A stretch of 64,000 bases of DNA from Deltaproteobacteria bacterium (GTDB lineage Bacteria; Bdellovibrionota; JACOXK01): the NCBI GenBank assembly GCA_016186995.1, contig JACPKQ010000005.1, forward strand, positions 2,593-66,592, given 5' to 3'. The position numbers and the translations under genes were made by a program. Within the stretch, counting starts at the first letter, position 1; each line of letters begins with the position of its first letter. The notes beneath the pieces were generated by a model. That model was given only the letters and a program-made list of their open reading frames with translations. It did not search any database and was not told where the DNA came from. Positions 38,394 through 48,862 of this stretch are shown here, in pieces.

Positions 38394-39842
38394 TTATAAT
38401 TTTGAAAAAACATTTTTAATAACCTCAAAATCTTTTTCTTGAATCGTTTTAAAATCAAGAACAAAATGATTTTGAATGATTCTTCCTAAAATAGAGGGGG
38501 TTTTATTTCTAAAAAACTTAGCTAAATCTAAAGCCTTAAGTTTCGGATGAAAAAACATGAGACCAAAACTCTCAATATTTTCATCTGGTAAGCTTCCACC
38601 CCCACCTTGAGCTTTTGTTTCAATGATTTTGAAATCACAAGACTGGATCCCGGATAATGCGGAGCCTGCCCCCGACTCTGATCGGGGGCATTTCCGGGAT
38701 GACAAATGGGATCTAGGAATGACAGGGGGTGAGCTTATCATTTTTAAAAATCTCTCTATCTTTTCTTTTGTTTGAAACCCTGTTTCACAAAGCATTTTTA
38801 ACGTAGGAATTTTTTCTTGAAAATCATCCTCGCAATACAGTTTTAAAAACTCTCCTAAAATAAAAAGCCCTATCTTGTCCATTCGAAGGGCTCGAACAAG
38901 TGGGTTTTTCTTCATTTGAGAAATGACTTTTATGGATCCTAAAAGAATACCCGCCTGAGGCCCACCTAAAAGCTTATCCCCACTTAAACTTATGATATCT
39001 ACCCCTGTTTGAAGGCATTGTTCAACTGTAGGTTCCTCTCTATAAGAAACAACCTGTCCAGAGCCTAAATTAAACATAACAGGTATGTTTTTTGATTTTC
39101 CTAAGGCCACTAATGATTCTAAAGAAACAGAATGTGTAAACCCACTCTGTTTAAAATTGCTTTGATGAACTTTGAGTAAAAGTGCCGTATTACTATGAAT
39201 AGCCTTTTCATAATCTGAAATTTTTGTTTTGTTTGTGGTACCTACCTCTTTAAGCAAAACACCACTTGCTTTCATAACATCAGGTATTCGAAAGCTTCCA
39301 CCTATTTCAACAAGCTCTCCTCGAGAAACAATAACTTCTTTTTCTTGAGCCAAAGTGTTTAAAGCCACAAGAACAGAGGCTGCATTATTATTGACAACCA
39401 AAGCATCTTCACAGTGAAAGAGTGCACATAAAATTTCTTCAACATAGCGATGTCTCTCTCCACGCTTTCCAGTTTCGATATCAAGTTCTAAATCACAGTA
39501 AGATTCAAAAAAAGGTTTTGCTTTTTCCCATAAAGGCCCCGGCAAAAGTGCACGCCCTAAGTTGGTATGCAACAAAACACCCGTTCCATTCACAACAGGT
39601 GAATAATTAAAATCTTTCCATTTTTGAGAAAACCACTGCATCTTTTTACAAAGCACATCTTTGATGCATTGAGGTGTGTCCCCAATGCATAGAATTTGTT
39701 CCCGTACTAATTCAAGTATCTTTCTTGCGCTGTGTTTTTGAAGTTTGAGAGGTAAATGTGAAAAAGTATTTTTAAATTCTTCACTGTTTATAAACTCATT
39801 GATACTTGGAAGTTCTTTTAAGTTTTTTTGTTTTTCTTTCAT
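38394..39842 (-). CDS. selA: L-seryl-tRNA(Sec) selenium transferase, with about 27-aa insert
   Basis: [48 protein letters not shown]. Confidence 0.93.
   Translation of the reverse strand: MKEKQKNLKELPSINEFINSEEFKNTFSHLPLKLQKHSARKILELVREQILCIGDTPQCIKDVLCKKMQWFSQKWKDFNYSPVVNGTGVLLHTNLGRALLPGPLWEKAKPFFESYCDLELDIETGKRGERHRYVEEILCALFHCEDALVVNNNAASVLVALNTLAQEKEVIVSRGELVEIGGSFRIPDVMKASGVLLKEVGTTNKTKISDYEKAIHSNTALLLKVHQSNFKQSGFTHSVSLESLVALGKSKNIPVMFNLGSGQVVSYREEPTVEQCLQTGVDIISLSGDKLLGGPQAGILLGSIKVISQMKKNPLVRALRMDKIGLFILGEFLKLYCEDDFQEKIPTLKMLCETGFQTKEKIERFLKMISSPPVIPRSHLSSRKCPRSESGAGSALSGIQSCDFKIIETKAQGGGGSLPDENIESFGLMFFHPKLKALDLAKFFRNKTPSILGRIIQNHFVLDFKTIQEKDFEVIKNVFSKL
38644..38724 (-). repeat. tandem GTCAT palindromes in frame in selA ([11 protein letters not shown]...SGIQ)
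   Basis: Two GTCAT tags; TCCCGGA...TCCGGGA stem enclosing TGCCCCCGA...TCGGGGGCA. Confidence 0.88.
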
Positions 39843-41485
39843 GATAGAAAGGGAATGTTAATGTTTTTTTCTTTCGCTACTTTTTTAGCTTCTTCATATC
39901 CTGCATCGGCATGACGTATGACCCCCATACCTGGATCACTTGTCAGAACTCTTTCTAAACGTTTTTCTGCCTCTTTTGTTCCATCCGCCACAATCACCAT
40001 ACCTGCATGAAGAGAATACCCCATCCCAACCCCCCCACCATGGTGGAAGGAAACCCAGCTTGCTCCATTCACGGCATTGATGAGCGCATTTAAAATGGGC
40101 CAATCAGCAATAACATCAGAACCATCCTTCATACTTTCTGTTTCACGATAGGGGGAAGCAACACTTCCGCAATCAAGATGGTCTCGGCCAATCACGAGTG
40201 GGGCTTTTACTTTTTGAGTGCGAACTAATTCATTAAATGTGAGTCCGGCTTTGGCTCGATCACCATATCCTAACCAACAAATACGACTTGGAAGTCCTTG
40301 AAACTGAACCTTTTCTCTTGCAAGATGAAGCCATCTTAAAAGTGATTTATTTTCTGGAAATAATTTTTTAAGCGCTTCATCTGTTGCATAAATATCTTCG
40401 GGGTCTCCAGAAAGTGCCACCCATCTAAAAGGACCCTGTCCTTCACAAAATAAAGGACGAATATAAGCAGGAACAAAACCTGGAAAATCAAATGCATTTT
40501 TTAAACCCTTCTTATACGCTTGCGCGCGAATGTTATTACCGTAATCAAAAACAAAGCTTCCTAGCTTTTGAAAATCAAGCATGGCTTGCACATGGTGCAC
40601 CATTGATTCATAACTCATTGCAATATATTTTTCTGGATCAGATGTGCGAAGTTTTAAAGCCTCTTTATAAGAAATACCGCGTGGTACATAGCCATTGAGT
40701 TCATCATGTGCTCCCGTTTGATCTGTCACTAGATCTGGTATTACTTTTCTTTTTGCAAGTTCTGGAAAAACATCCGCTGCATTTCCTAAAAGACCCATGG
40801 ATACAGCTTTTTTTTCTTTTTTATATAATTCTATTTTTCGAAGTGCTTCATCTAAGCTTTCTGTCATAAAATCAAGATAACGCGTTTGAAGCCTTCGCTT
40901 GATTTTATCCACATCAACATCAACCCCTAAGAAACAAGCGCCATTCATTGTTGCCGCAAGGGGCTGAGCTCCACCCATTCCTCCTAAACCAGCTGACAAA
41001 ATAAATTTACCTTTTAAATCTCCACCAAAATGTTTTTTCCCTGCACTTGCAAATGTTTCATAAGTTCCTTGCAGAATACCTTGAGTCCCTATGTAGATCC
41101 AACTTCCTGCCGTCATTTGGCCGTACATAATAAGACCTTTTTTTTCTAACTCTCGAAAACATTCCCATGTCGCCCAATGAGGTACTAAATTCGAATTGGC
41201 GATAAGAACACGAGGTGCATCTTTATGTGATTTTAAAACACCTACAGGTTTTCCTGACTGAACAAGAAGGGTTTCATCATCCTGAAGCGTTTTAAGAGTT
41301 TCAATAATTTTATCAAAACATTCCCAATTACGAGCTGCTTTTCCAGTACCCCCATAAACGATGAGTTCTTGAGGTTTTTCAGCAACGCCTTCGCTTACAT
41401 TGTGCATAAGCATTCTCATGGCCGCTTCTTGCACCCAACCTTTACATGTTAATTGGCTTCCTTTCGGCGGAATGATTTTTCTCAC
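39839..41485 (-). CDS. hutU: urocanate hydratase (likely GTG start at 41485)
   Basis: [55 protein letters not shown]. Confidence 0.96.
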   Translation of the reverse strand: MRKIIPPKGSQLTCKGWVQEAAMRMLMHNVSEGVAEKPQELIVYGGTGKAARNWECFDKIIETLKTLQDDETLLVQSGKPVGVLKSHKDAPRVLIANSNLVPHWATWECFRELEKKGLIMYGQMTAGSWIYIGTQGILQGTYETFASAGKKHFGGDLKGKFILSAGLGGMGGAQPLAATMNGACFLGVDVDVDKIKRRLQTRYLDFMTESLDEALRKIELYKKEKKAVSMGLLGNAADVFPELAKRKVIPDLVTDQTGAHDELNGYVPRGISYKEALKLRTSDPEKYIAMSYESMVHHVQAMLDFQKLGSFVFDYGNNIRAQAYKKGLKNAFDFPGFVPAYIRPLFCEGQGPFRWVALSGDPEDIYATDEALKKLFPENKSLLRWLHLAREKVQFQGLPSRICWLGYGDRAKAGLTFNELVRTQKVKAPLVIGRDHLDCGSVASPYRETESMKDGSDVIADWPILNALINAVNGASWVSFHHGGGVGMGYSLHAGMVIVADGTKEAEKRLERVLTSDPGMGVIRHADAGYEEAKKVAKEKNINIPFLS

Positions 41486-41567
41486 AAAACTATTAGTAGA
41501 GGAAAGAACTTCTTTTTTCAAGAAACTTAGCGCTCTGTCCCTGTTGCTACATACAACCTTGGTTCTT

Positions 41568-41725
41568 AAAATGGTTGCTATCTTTCGCTTCATGGCTCAC
41601 TACACTCGTCCTACCGGATTCTTCATTAATCCCGTAAGTGCTAAAGCACTGTCCGGGATAAGAGAGTTCTGAATATTTGCAAAGATGGGCTGCGCTTTAT
41701 TTCCGCTTCAGATAGCAACCATTTT
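41568..41725 (+). mobile_element. 158-bp MITE-like element, copy A
   Basis: Perfect 16-bp TIR AAAATGGTTGCTATCT/AGATAGCAACCATTTT; central ATCCCG-AGTGC-TAAA-GCACT-CGGGAT hairpin. Confidence 0.8.
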
Positions 41726-41755
41726 TTCACATAGCTTCGAAATAAACCTATAGGG

Positions 41756-41911
41756 CAAAAGATAGGGATAGTGCTTATAGAGGGTCGTGTCGGAAGGTAA
41801 TCTGGCTTGGTCCGCATAGTATATGCGGCAGATTACCTGAGACGCGAGGCGCACTTTTTCGCAGGAAAAAAGTGACGCCGTACCCGAGGGAAGTACTATC
41901 CCTATCTTTTG
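41756..41911. repeat. 156-bp nested-hairpin element
   Basis: 21-bp arms CAAAAGATAGGGATAGTGCTT/AAGTACTATCCCTATCTTTTG (1 mismatch) with internal GGTAATCTG/CAGATTACC and CACTTTTT/AAAAAGTG stems. Confidence 0.8.
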
Positions 41912-42057
41912 TGACCACTTCAAGAACTTAAGTACTTCATCGTAATAAGAAAAAGACGCGTTGAGTCATGAAAAGACTTTAACCTATTGAAATAATTCAC
42001 TATAAAAAGATTGTGCTTGAGGTTTTTGTGACATAGAATGTAAAGTTCATAGGCAAT

Positions 42058-42705
42058 ATGAAAGCAAAACTTGCTAAATTTGAGTCTTTTAGTTCACGAA
42101 ATGCAACCCACCTTTTAAGAAGGTTGTGGCATTTAGGGTGTTCTCTCTTACTTGCCTATGCTTATTGGGAGTTTTTCACAAAGGAGCAAGCCCTTCTTGT
42201 CATGACAACACTGGGTACTATTTTTCTTTTAGGTGATAGCTTTCGTTTAAAGTACAAATCACTTAATAAAGCCATTTTTAAAATCATGGGTGGATTTATG
42301 CGTAAATCAGAAATGCAATCCCAATCTGCCATGATGCCTTTTATTCTTTCTCTTTTTATTGTCATAGTTCTCTTTCCAAAACCTGTTGTTATACTTTCTA
42401 TTCTTTATCTAGGGGTTGGAGACCCTGTTGCTTCTATTGTGGGCATTCACTATGGAAACACAAAAATTTTTGGAACGCGTAAAAGTTTAGAGGGTTTAGT
42501 TGCCAATTTCTTTACAACTACCATTATTACTTACTTTGTTTTGTCTGCTTTTGGCCTTGGTGGAAGTTATATTGTTCTTATTTCTCTTATTGGCGGAATA
42601 GGTTCTGCTGTTTCTGAAAGTCTGCCACTGACAACTGACGATAATCTTCATGTACCTATTATTTCAGGCTCTGTCCTCTGGCTTGTGCTCACTCTCCTTC
42701 AGTAA
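42058..42705 (+). CDS. CTP-dependent diacylglycerol/polyprenol kinase or cytidylyltransferase family membrane protein
   Basis: RRLWH, GVGDPVASIVG, KSLEG, DDNLHVP. Confidence 0.85.
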   Translation: MKAKLAKFESFSSRNATHLLRRLWHLGCSLLLAYAYWEFFTKEQALLVMTTLGTIFLLGDSFRLKYKSLNKAIFKIMGGFMRKSEMQSQSAMMPFILSLFIVIVLFPKPVVILSILYLGVGDPVASIVGIHYGNTKIFGTRKSLEGLVANFFTTTIITYFVLSAFGLGGSYIVLISLIGGIGSAVSESLPLTTDDNLHVPIISGSVLWLVLTLLQ

Positions 42706-42757
42706 TTCCTAGCAATGCTCAAAAAGCCCAATTCACATCTTTGCAGCTTAGGTTCTT

Positions 42758-42915
42758 AAAATGGTTACTATCTTCCGCTTCATGGCTCGCTACACTTGTC
42801 ATACCGGATTCTTCATTATCCCGTAAGTGCTAAAGCACTGTCCGGGATGAGAGAATTTGGAATTATTATAAACCGTATGCTGCGCTTGACTTCCGCTCCA
42901 GATAACAACCATTTT
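42758..42915 (+). mobile_element. 158-bp MITE-like element, copy B
   Basis: Collinear with copy A; TIR 14/16. Confidence 0.8.
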
Positions 42916-42975
42916 TTCACATAGTTATGAATTATGTCGTGTTTATGAAAGAATCTTAACTCGTGTTCATGTGAA

Positions 42976-43048
42976 GATGGGCTGGAGGTTTTGAAGGGGA
43001 GGATCCACACTGGCCGGTGCGAGGCCCCTGAGGAACCTCCAGCCCATC
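42976..43048. repeat. hairpin element with 15-bp perfect arms
   Basis: GATGGGCTGGAGGTT/AACCTCCAGCCCATC, followed by AAGAACTTAAG. Confidence 0.8.
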
Positions 43049-43113
43049 AAGAACTTAAGTATCGAAAAAATACCACCCCCAATTCAGAACCAAGGTTGTA
43101 AAAAGAGAAATAC

Positions 43114-43151
43114 TGGATCCCGGATAGCACTTTCGTGCTTCCGGGATGACA
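43114..43151 (-). repeat. GTCAT palindrome (intergenic)
   Basis: GGATCCCGGA-TAGCAC-TTTC-GTGCT-TCCGGGATGACA on the plus strand. Confidence 0.85.
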
Positions 43152-43194
43152 GAGTGGTTTTGGAACATTGCGATCTGTGTGTTAAAGTAAAAAC

Positions 43195-44715
43195 ATGCAT
43201 ATACTTCTGCAGACTTCGCTTATTGCAGGTGTTATCTCGCTTATTTTTGGTTTCATCACTTTTTTTAAAACACAAAAATCTAAAACTGCATTCTCTTTTG
43301 TTCTTTTGTGTCTTGTTGTGGGCGTGTGGGAGATTAGTTTTTTTCTTGAAAAAAACACCTCTGGTTTCTTTTGGAACAAAATCTATCTTTTTGCAACTAT
43401 TCTTCTCGGACCCGCTTTTCTCTATTTTAATTTACTTTATTTAAGATTTTTTGATGAGGAAGTGAAAAGAAATTCTACTATTTATTTTGCTATAGGTGTT
43501 TTTCTCATCATGGGTTGCTTTGTGCCTGCAGAGCAACTTAAATTTTTTACAAATGTGGCACTTTTTTATTTTGGGATTGCTCTTTTTTCAGTGCTTTATC
43601 TTCTTTTTCAAAATCTTAAAAAATCAAAAACAAAATCTGAATACACACGTATTAAATATCTTTTTATTGGAAGTGCTATTGTTGTGGGTACCATTATAGG
43701 AGACTTTCTTTCCAAATTTGGAATCCCCTTTCCAACCTTAGGAAACATTGTACTTCTCCTTTATCTTTACTTTCTCTTTCAGTCTTTAACTCAAGAAAGG
43801 CCCTTAAACATTGAAGAGTATCTTTCAAAAGGTGTTCTTTTCATTATTTTATCTCTTATTTTAACTATTATTTATCTTGTTCTTGTTTCTTACGTCAAAG
43901 AATCAAAGGGTGTTTTTATCTTTAATACTTTTTGCGCTTCTTTTATCATCCTGATTCTTTATGAACCTTCTAAAAAAATAGCAGAAAAACTTACAAAAAA
44001 AATTATCTACAAAGAACTTTATCAGATGGAAAATAATATTTATAAACTGAAGGAAAATCTTTTAGGAGTGATTGAATTTAAAAACCTTGAGGATTTTTTA
44101 ATCCATTTCTTAAGAATTTCTCTTAAAGCAACTCACTTTCATATTTATCTCCTTGATAAAGAAAAACACCTCTATGAAAAAAAAGCTAGTTCTCACGAAG
44201 AAAACTATCTTCCTCATCTTTTAGAAAGCCACCCCCTTCTTGATTTTATTTTAAAACAGAAAGGAGCACCACTAACTCTTACAGAGTTTCAAGAAAAAAA
44301 GAATAAAAATAATTTAAAAATACAAACGCTTGAAAAAATAAACACAACGATTGAAGTTTTTAATAAACTCAACACTGAAGTGCTCATTCCATTTTACTAT
44401 CAAGGACATATCTTAGGGTTTGCTTTTGCAGGGAATCAAAACTCCACAGAATCTTATTCTCCTTCCATGCTTTCACTTTTAAGTTCCATTACAAATGATT
44501 TAGGATTAGTAGCTTTACACCTTTCTAGAAATACAACAGGCTTTGTCCCTATCGAGATGAAACAACAAAAATTACCTCACGACACCCTTAAAGTGATTTT
44601 AGAAACTATACAAAAAATGGAAATTGAAACTGTTCTTTCTAATGATCAAAAAACCCTCCTAGCTACCCTTAAAACCCAATTTCAAAAGTTAAAGCTGAAT
44701 GGTTGGGCTGATTAA
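43195..44715 (+). CDS. multi-TM sensor with GAF-like domain and no recognisable output domain
   Basis: About 9 TM helices, then GAF-like LIPFYYQGHILGFAFAG; ends about 60 aa later without kinase or cyclase motifs. Confidence 0.7.
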   Translation: MHILLQTSLIAGVISLIFGFITFFKTQKSKTAFSFVLLCLVVGVWEISFFLEKNTSGFFWNKIYLFATILLGPAFLYFNLLYLRFFDEEVKRNSTIYFAIGVFLIMGCFVPAEQLKFFTNVALFYFGIALFSVLYLLFQNLKKSKTKSEYTRIKYLFIGSAIVVGTIIGDFLSKFGIPFPTLGNIVLLLYLYFLFQSLTQERPLNIEEYLSKGVLFIILSLILTIIYLVLVSYVKESKGVFIFNTFCASFIILILYEPSKKIAEKLTKKIIYKELYQMENNIYKLKENLLGVIEFKNLEDFLIHFLRISLKATHFHIYLLDKEKHLYEKKASSHEENYLPHLLESHPLLDFILKQKGAPLTLTEFQEKKNKNNLKIQTLEKINTTIEVFNKLNTEVLIPFYYQGHILGFAFAGNQNSTESYSPSMLSLLSSITNDLGLVALHLSRNTTGFVPIEMKQQKLPHDTLKVILETIQKMEIETVLSNDQKTLLATLKTQFQKLKLNGWAD

Positions 44716-44831
44716 AAAATAAGCTAACTTATTAAAATAACTAAAGTTTTACTGGTGACAGAAGACTTAAGTTAATATAAAAACTCACCGATAAACTTTA
44801 AGAATCTTTAATTTAAAAAAGGTGGCATTTC

Positions 44832-46118
44832 ATGGGGCCAGTTGGACACGATCTTACAAAATCTGAATGGGAAGGCTCAGATCTTTTTAGAAATACCTCA
44901 AAACTTTTTGTACATGCTACCCAACAAATGCATCTTGATCCTAACATTATTGAAAGATTGAAATGGCCTAAACGAGCTTTCGTTGTTTCAGTTCCTATAC
45001 GCCTAGATGATAACTCCATTCGAACTTTTATTGGTTACAGAGTTCAACATAATATGACATTAGGTCCTGCAAAGGGTGGAGTTCGTTATCATCCTGATGT
45101 TAATCTTTCTGAAACAACTGCTCTTGCCATGCTTATGACTTTTAAATGCGCTGTTGTTGGTTTACCTTTAGGTGGAGCCAAAGGCGGCATTCGTTGCGAT
45201 CCTACAAAAATGAGTCGCAATGAATTACAACGTCTGACTCGACGCTATACCTCAGAAATTGCACATCTCATTGGCCCTACTAAAGACATTCCTGCTCCCG
45301 ATATTGGCACAGATCAACAAACAATGGCTTGGATGATGGATACCTTCAGCCAAGAAATTGGATTTACTGTTCCTGATGTTGTCACTGGTAAACCTATTGA
45401 GATAGGCGGTTCTCTGGGAAGAACCGATGCAACAGGAAGAGGTGTTGTTTACTGTATTATGGAAGCCGCTAAGTATTTAGATATGCCTCTTGATGAAACC
45501 ACCACAGTTGTCGTTCAAGGTTTTGGTAAAGTTGGCGCTTCTGCAGCACGTAAAATGGCAAAGATTGGGTGTAAAGTTATTGCTATTAGTGATGTTGCTG
45601 GTGGTATTTGTAACAGCAAAGGTCTTGATTTAGATGCACTCTGTGATTACATCGAGAAAAATAAAACAAGCGAAGGTTTTACAGAAGGTGATCGTGTCAC
45701 TAATGAAGAACTTTTAGAGCTTCAGTGCGACATTCTTATTCCAGCTGCGGTGAGCAACCAAATTACAAAGCACAATGCTGATAAGATCAAATGTAAAATA
45801 ATTGCTGAAGGTGCTAACGGTCCTACCAATATTGACGCTGATCTCATCATTAATGACAAAAATATTTTTGTCATTCCAGATATTGTAGCCAATGCTGGAG
45901 GGGTTACCGTCTCATACTTTGAATGGGTTCAAGGAATTCAAAAACTTTTTTGGAGTGAAAAAGAAGTCAATAACCGTCTTTGGAATATTATGAGTGATAC
46001 TTTTAGAAGAGTTGTTCACACTGCTGAAGAACATAAAATAGATATGAGAACAGCTGCTTATATTTCTGGGATCAGCAAGCTTTCAAGAGCCATGCTATTG
46101 AGAGGTTTTTGGCCATGA
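44832..46118 (+). CDS. gdhA: Glu/Leu/Phe/Val dehydrogenase
   Basis: GPAKGGVRYH, GGAKGG, PAPDIGT, QGFGKVG, EGANGP. Confidence 0.93.
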   Translation: MGPVGHDLTKSEWEGSDLFRNTSKLFVHATQQMHLDPNIIERLKWPKRAFVVSVPIRLDDNSIRTFIGYRVQHNMTLGPAKGGVRYHPDVNLSETTALAMLMTFKCAVVGLPLGGAKGGIRCDPTKMSRNELQRLTRRYTSEIAHLIGPTKDIPAPDIGTDQQTMAWMMDTFSQEIGFTVPDVVTGKPIEIGGSLGRTDATGRGVVYCIMEAAKYLDMPLDETTTVVVQGFGKVGASAARKMAKIGCKVIAISDVAGGICNSKGLDLDALCDYIEKNKTSEGFTEGDRVTNEELLELQCDILIPAAVSNQITKHNADKIKCKIIAEGANGPTNIDADLIINDKNIFVIPDIVANAGGVTVSYFEWVQGIQKLFWSEKEVNNRLWNIMSDTFRRVVHTAEEHKIDMRTAAYISGISKLSRAMLLRGFWP

Positions 46119-46795
46119 GAAATATCAAAAAAGCAGGACAAGTCGTTTTTTTAACAATGGCTCTTATATTGATAGGTGTTTCTTTTGTATTATGTGTAAG
46201 ACCTGCCTTTTCAAGTTCTCAACCTAAAAAGGCTTTTGACTTTAATGACGACAATGCCCTTGAAGAATGGAACGAACACATTCTGAAAAACAAAGTAAAA
46301 TACTACATTAAAAAAGATCAAGGTGAAACTTTTGTTCAAGCTGAAAGCAAAGATGCCGCTTCGGGGCTTTATTATAAGCTTCGTTTTAAAGCTAAAACCT
46401 ATCCTTATGTCAGTTGGAAGTGGAAAATAAATCAATTTCCAAAAAAACGAAAAAATGTCGAGGATTATGCAGCGCGAGTTTATGTTATCTTTCCCCACAT
46501 CGTCTTTTTTAAATCAAAATGTATTGAATATCTTTGGGATGATGAACTTCCAAAAGATACAAGAAAACCAAGTTCTATGCATAAAAATATTCGTCAATGG
46601 GTTGTGAGAGATGGAAAAACACCTGCAGGTAAGTGGATCTTAGAAGAAAGAAATATTTATAAAGATTACAAACAACTTTTTGGAACTTATCCGGACAAAC
46701 AAGTGGGCGCCATTGCTTTTATGAGTGACACTGATGATGATAAGGGAATAGCTGTAGCAAGTTACGATGAAATACGTGTTGGTTATAAAAAATAG
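46115..46795 (+). CDS. DUF3047-family protein
   Basis: SWKWK, DYAARVYV, EYLWD, DYKQLFG, IAFMSDTD; ATG overlaps the gdhA stop. Confidence 0.8.
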   Translation: MRNIKKAGQVVFLTMALILIGVSFVLCVRPAFSSSQPKKAFDFNDDNALEEWNEHILKNKVKYYIKKDQGETFVQAESKDAASGLYYKLRFKAKTYPYVSWKWKINQFPKKRKNVEDYAARVYVIFPHIVFFKSKCIEYLWDDELPKDTRKPSSMHKNIRQWVVRDGKTPAGKWILEERNIYKDYKQLFGTYPDKQVGAIAFMSDTDDDKGIAVASYDEIRVGYKK

Positions 46796-46804
46796 GAGAA
46801 TAGC

Positions 46805-47233
46805 ATGAATAACTTTCAAAGAAGAAGGCAATATCTTTTAAAAAGCCCCATTCAAAGGCGCTTTTTATTTCACTCAACTATTATGATTCTTCTCCCTACT
46901 GCTTTTGTTGGAAGTTTACTTTTTTTCCTTATTTTTTATCTTCTCTCAGATCAAATCATGATTCCTGAACATGTTGTTGCAACCCTAGGACCTGTGATCA
47001 CAAAACTAAAGTATATCTTAATACTAGGGGGAATCCCTCTTGTAGCAGTGCTTCTAGGTTGGGCTATTATTATTTCCCACCGTTTGGCAGGACCTATTTA
47101 CAGACTTGAACAAGATCTTGAGAAGATTGCAGAAGGCAATCATAGCGTTAGGGTCAAGTTTCGAAAAAATGACCGACTTGACCCCTTAGCCGAAAAAATA
47201 AATAGAGTGCTTGAAAAACTTCCTAAGACCTGA
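46805..47233 (+). CDS. two-TM plus HAMP protein
   Basis: SHRLAGPIYRL...FRKND.L..LA HAMP pattern. Confidence 0.8.
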   Translation: MNNFQRRRQYLLKSPIQRRFLFHSTIMILLPTAFVGSLLFFLIFYLLSDQIMIPEHVVATLGPVITKLKYILILGGIPLVAVLLGWAIIISHRLAGPIYRLEQDLEKIAEGNHSVRVKFRKNDRLDPLAEKINRVLEKLPKT

Positions 47234-47242
47234 AAACCGGAC

Positions 47243-47782
47243 TTAGTCAAAGTAATAGCGAGCACCTAAAGCCCAATCAAAATCAAAACCAGCATTGTTG
47301 TTCAATCGATAACCTGGCACAAGCTCGAGATAAGTTCCCACTCGATAATCTTTTAAAAAGTAATTGATACCGAGAGGTACACGAAGATAAACTATTGACT
47401 TATTAAAGGTAAATCTTCCCCCTACACCTGTATAAAAAAACAAGGCTCCTTCGGGAACCTTTACTGTAAGCATATCTCTAAAGTGATAGAGTCCATCAAA
47501 GGCCGCACCCAAGGAAGAGTCCCCCCAATCATAACCAATAGTTGCTACCAACCCAACATACTTACTTAAAAAATACTTTGCAGTTCCCCCAGTAAGCCCC
47601 CCTAATTGGACCCCGGCACCAAAATCGCCTTGATCTGGGCTGACCATAGCTCCCTTAGATGTAGAAGTCGTTTTAGATACTTTAGTTGTTGTCTTTTTCT
47701 TTACCATCTTCTTCTTAGCATCAACTTCAGTTAAAAAAAGAAATGGAATCAGCAATACCAACAAAAATAACTTACTTTTCAT
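47243..47782 (-). CDS. small outer-membrane beta-barrel protein
   Basis: Signal peptide, FGAGVQLGG, LRVPLGINY, C-terminal GARYYF. Confidence 0.75.
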   Translation of the reverse strand: MKSKLFLLVLLIPFLFLTEVDAKKKMVKKKTTTKVSKTTSTSKGAMVSPDQGDFGAGVQLGGLTGGTAKYFLSKYVGLVATIGYDWGDSSLGAAFDGLYHFRDMLTVKVPEGALFFYTGVGGRFTFNKSIVYLRVPLGINYFLKDYRVGTYLELVPGYRLNNNAGFDFDWALGARYYFD

Positions 47783-47830
47783 TTTTACCCTCCAAGGTTC
47801 AAAAAATTTACTTGAATTGTAACGAAGCTC

Positions 47831-48862
47831 TTAATAAGAAGCAATGATTTTTGGGCACAAGTGTTCTTGATACTTTCTCAAAGCATAGAGATCTGTCATG
47901 CCTGCAATATAATCACAAACCAATTGATGCTTATCATCTTTTTCATTACTAAAATTTTTTGCCTCTTTGAGAAGAATATCCTCATTCTTGAGATAAAATT
48001 CATGAAGCTCTCTCAGCATCTTACAGGCTTTAACAAATTCACCCCGATTGATAGGATTTTCATACACATTATCGAACATAAAAGCCCTCAACTGATCAAT
48101 AGCATCTAAAATATCTCCGCTTACAGAAAGTGTTTTTTCTTCATGTTGTGATGTTTGCACAACTACATCTGTAATCATCTTTGTAATTCTTTGTGAAGCC
48201 GTATCACCTATAAACTTCATGATTTCACGAGGTAATTGATCTTTTCTTAAAACTCCCACTCGAAGTGCATCGTCAATATCATGATTAAGATAGGCAATAA
48301 TGTCTGCAATCCTAACCACCTGGCCTTCAAGAGTAGAGGCCTTATATTGTGGGTCATGTGATAAAAGTGGACCTTTCCCTTTGGAATGCTTCATAATACC
48401 TTCTTTAACTTCCCACGTTAAATTGAGCATTTCAGTTGTCTCGGCAATTCTGACTCCATGCCTTTCATGACGAAAACCTTGTGGATGCAGCTCACCTAAA
48501 GTATCCTCTCCAGCATGTCCGAAGGGGGTGTGCCCAATATCATGTCCAATGGCAATGGCTTCTGTAAGCATTTCATTAAGGTGCAGAGCTCTTGCAATGG
48601 TTCTTGCTATTTGCATAACTTCTAACGTGTGTGTCATCCGGGTTCGATAATGATCCCCTTCTGGAGCAAGAAATACTTGAGTTTTTCCTTTAAGCCTTCT
48701 AAAAGCTTTAGAGTAAAGAATTTTATCACGATCTTTTTGAAAGCTTGTTCTTAAAGAGCAAGATTCTTCTTCCTCTTTACGACCTTTTGTATCTGTACTG
48801 AAACAAGCCCTTTTAGAAAAAATCTTTCTCTCATTTTCTTCTAAAATTTTTCGAATTGTCAT
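47831..48862 (-). CDS. dgt: dGTP triphosphohydrolase (HD family)
   Basis: FRRLKGKTQVF, RTRMTHTLEV, HDIGHTPFGHAGE, DYIAGMTD. Confidence 0.95.
   Translation of the reverse strand: MTIRKILEENERKIFSKRACFSTDTKGRKEEEESCSLRTSFQKDRDKILYSKAFRRLKGKTQVFLAPEGDHYRTRMTHTLEVMQIARTIARALHLNEMLTEAIAIGHDIGHTPFGHAGEDTLGELHPQGFRHERHGVRIAETTEMLNLTWEVKEGIMKHSKGKGPLLSHDPQYKASTLEGQVVRIADIIAYLNHDIDDALRVGVLRKDQLPREIMKFIGDTASQRITKMITDVVVQTSQHEEKTLSVSGDILDAIDQLRAFMFDNVYENPINRGEFVKACKMLRELHEFYLKNEDILLKEAKNFSNEKDDKHQLVCDYIAGMTDLYALRKYQEHLCPKIIASY

Noticed and set aside
41486-41593. N-terminal extension of HutU ([11 protein letters not shown]...)
   Set aside because: First codons come from the MITE left end; homology starts near the GTG at 41485, though use of the upstream ATG is not excluded
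41400-43444. Short ORFs 41400..41672, 41708..41923, 42816..43010 and 43084..43444
   Set aside because: Read-through of repeat elements or shadows of real genes
44743-44810. Imperfect hairpin upstream of gdhA (TAAAGTTT..GGTGA/TCACC..AAACTTTA)
   Set aside because: AT-rich and interrupted; matches no riboswitch I recognise
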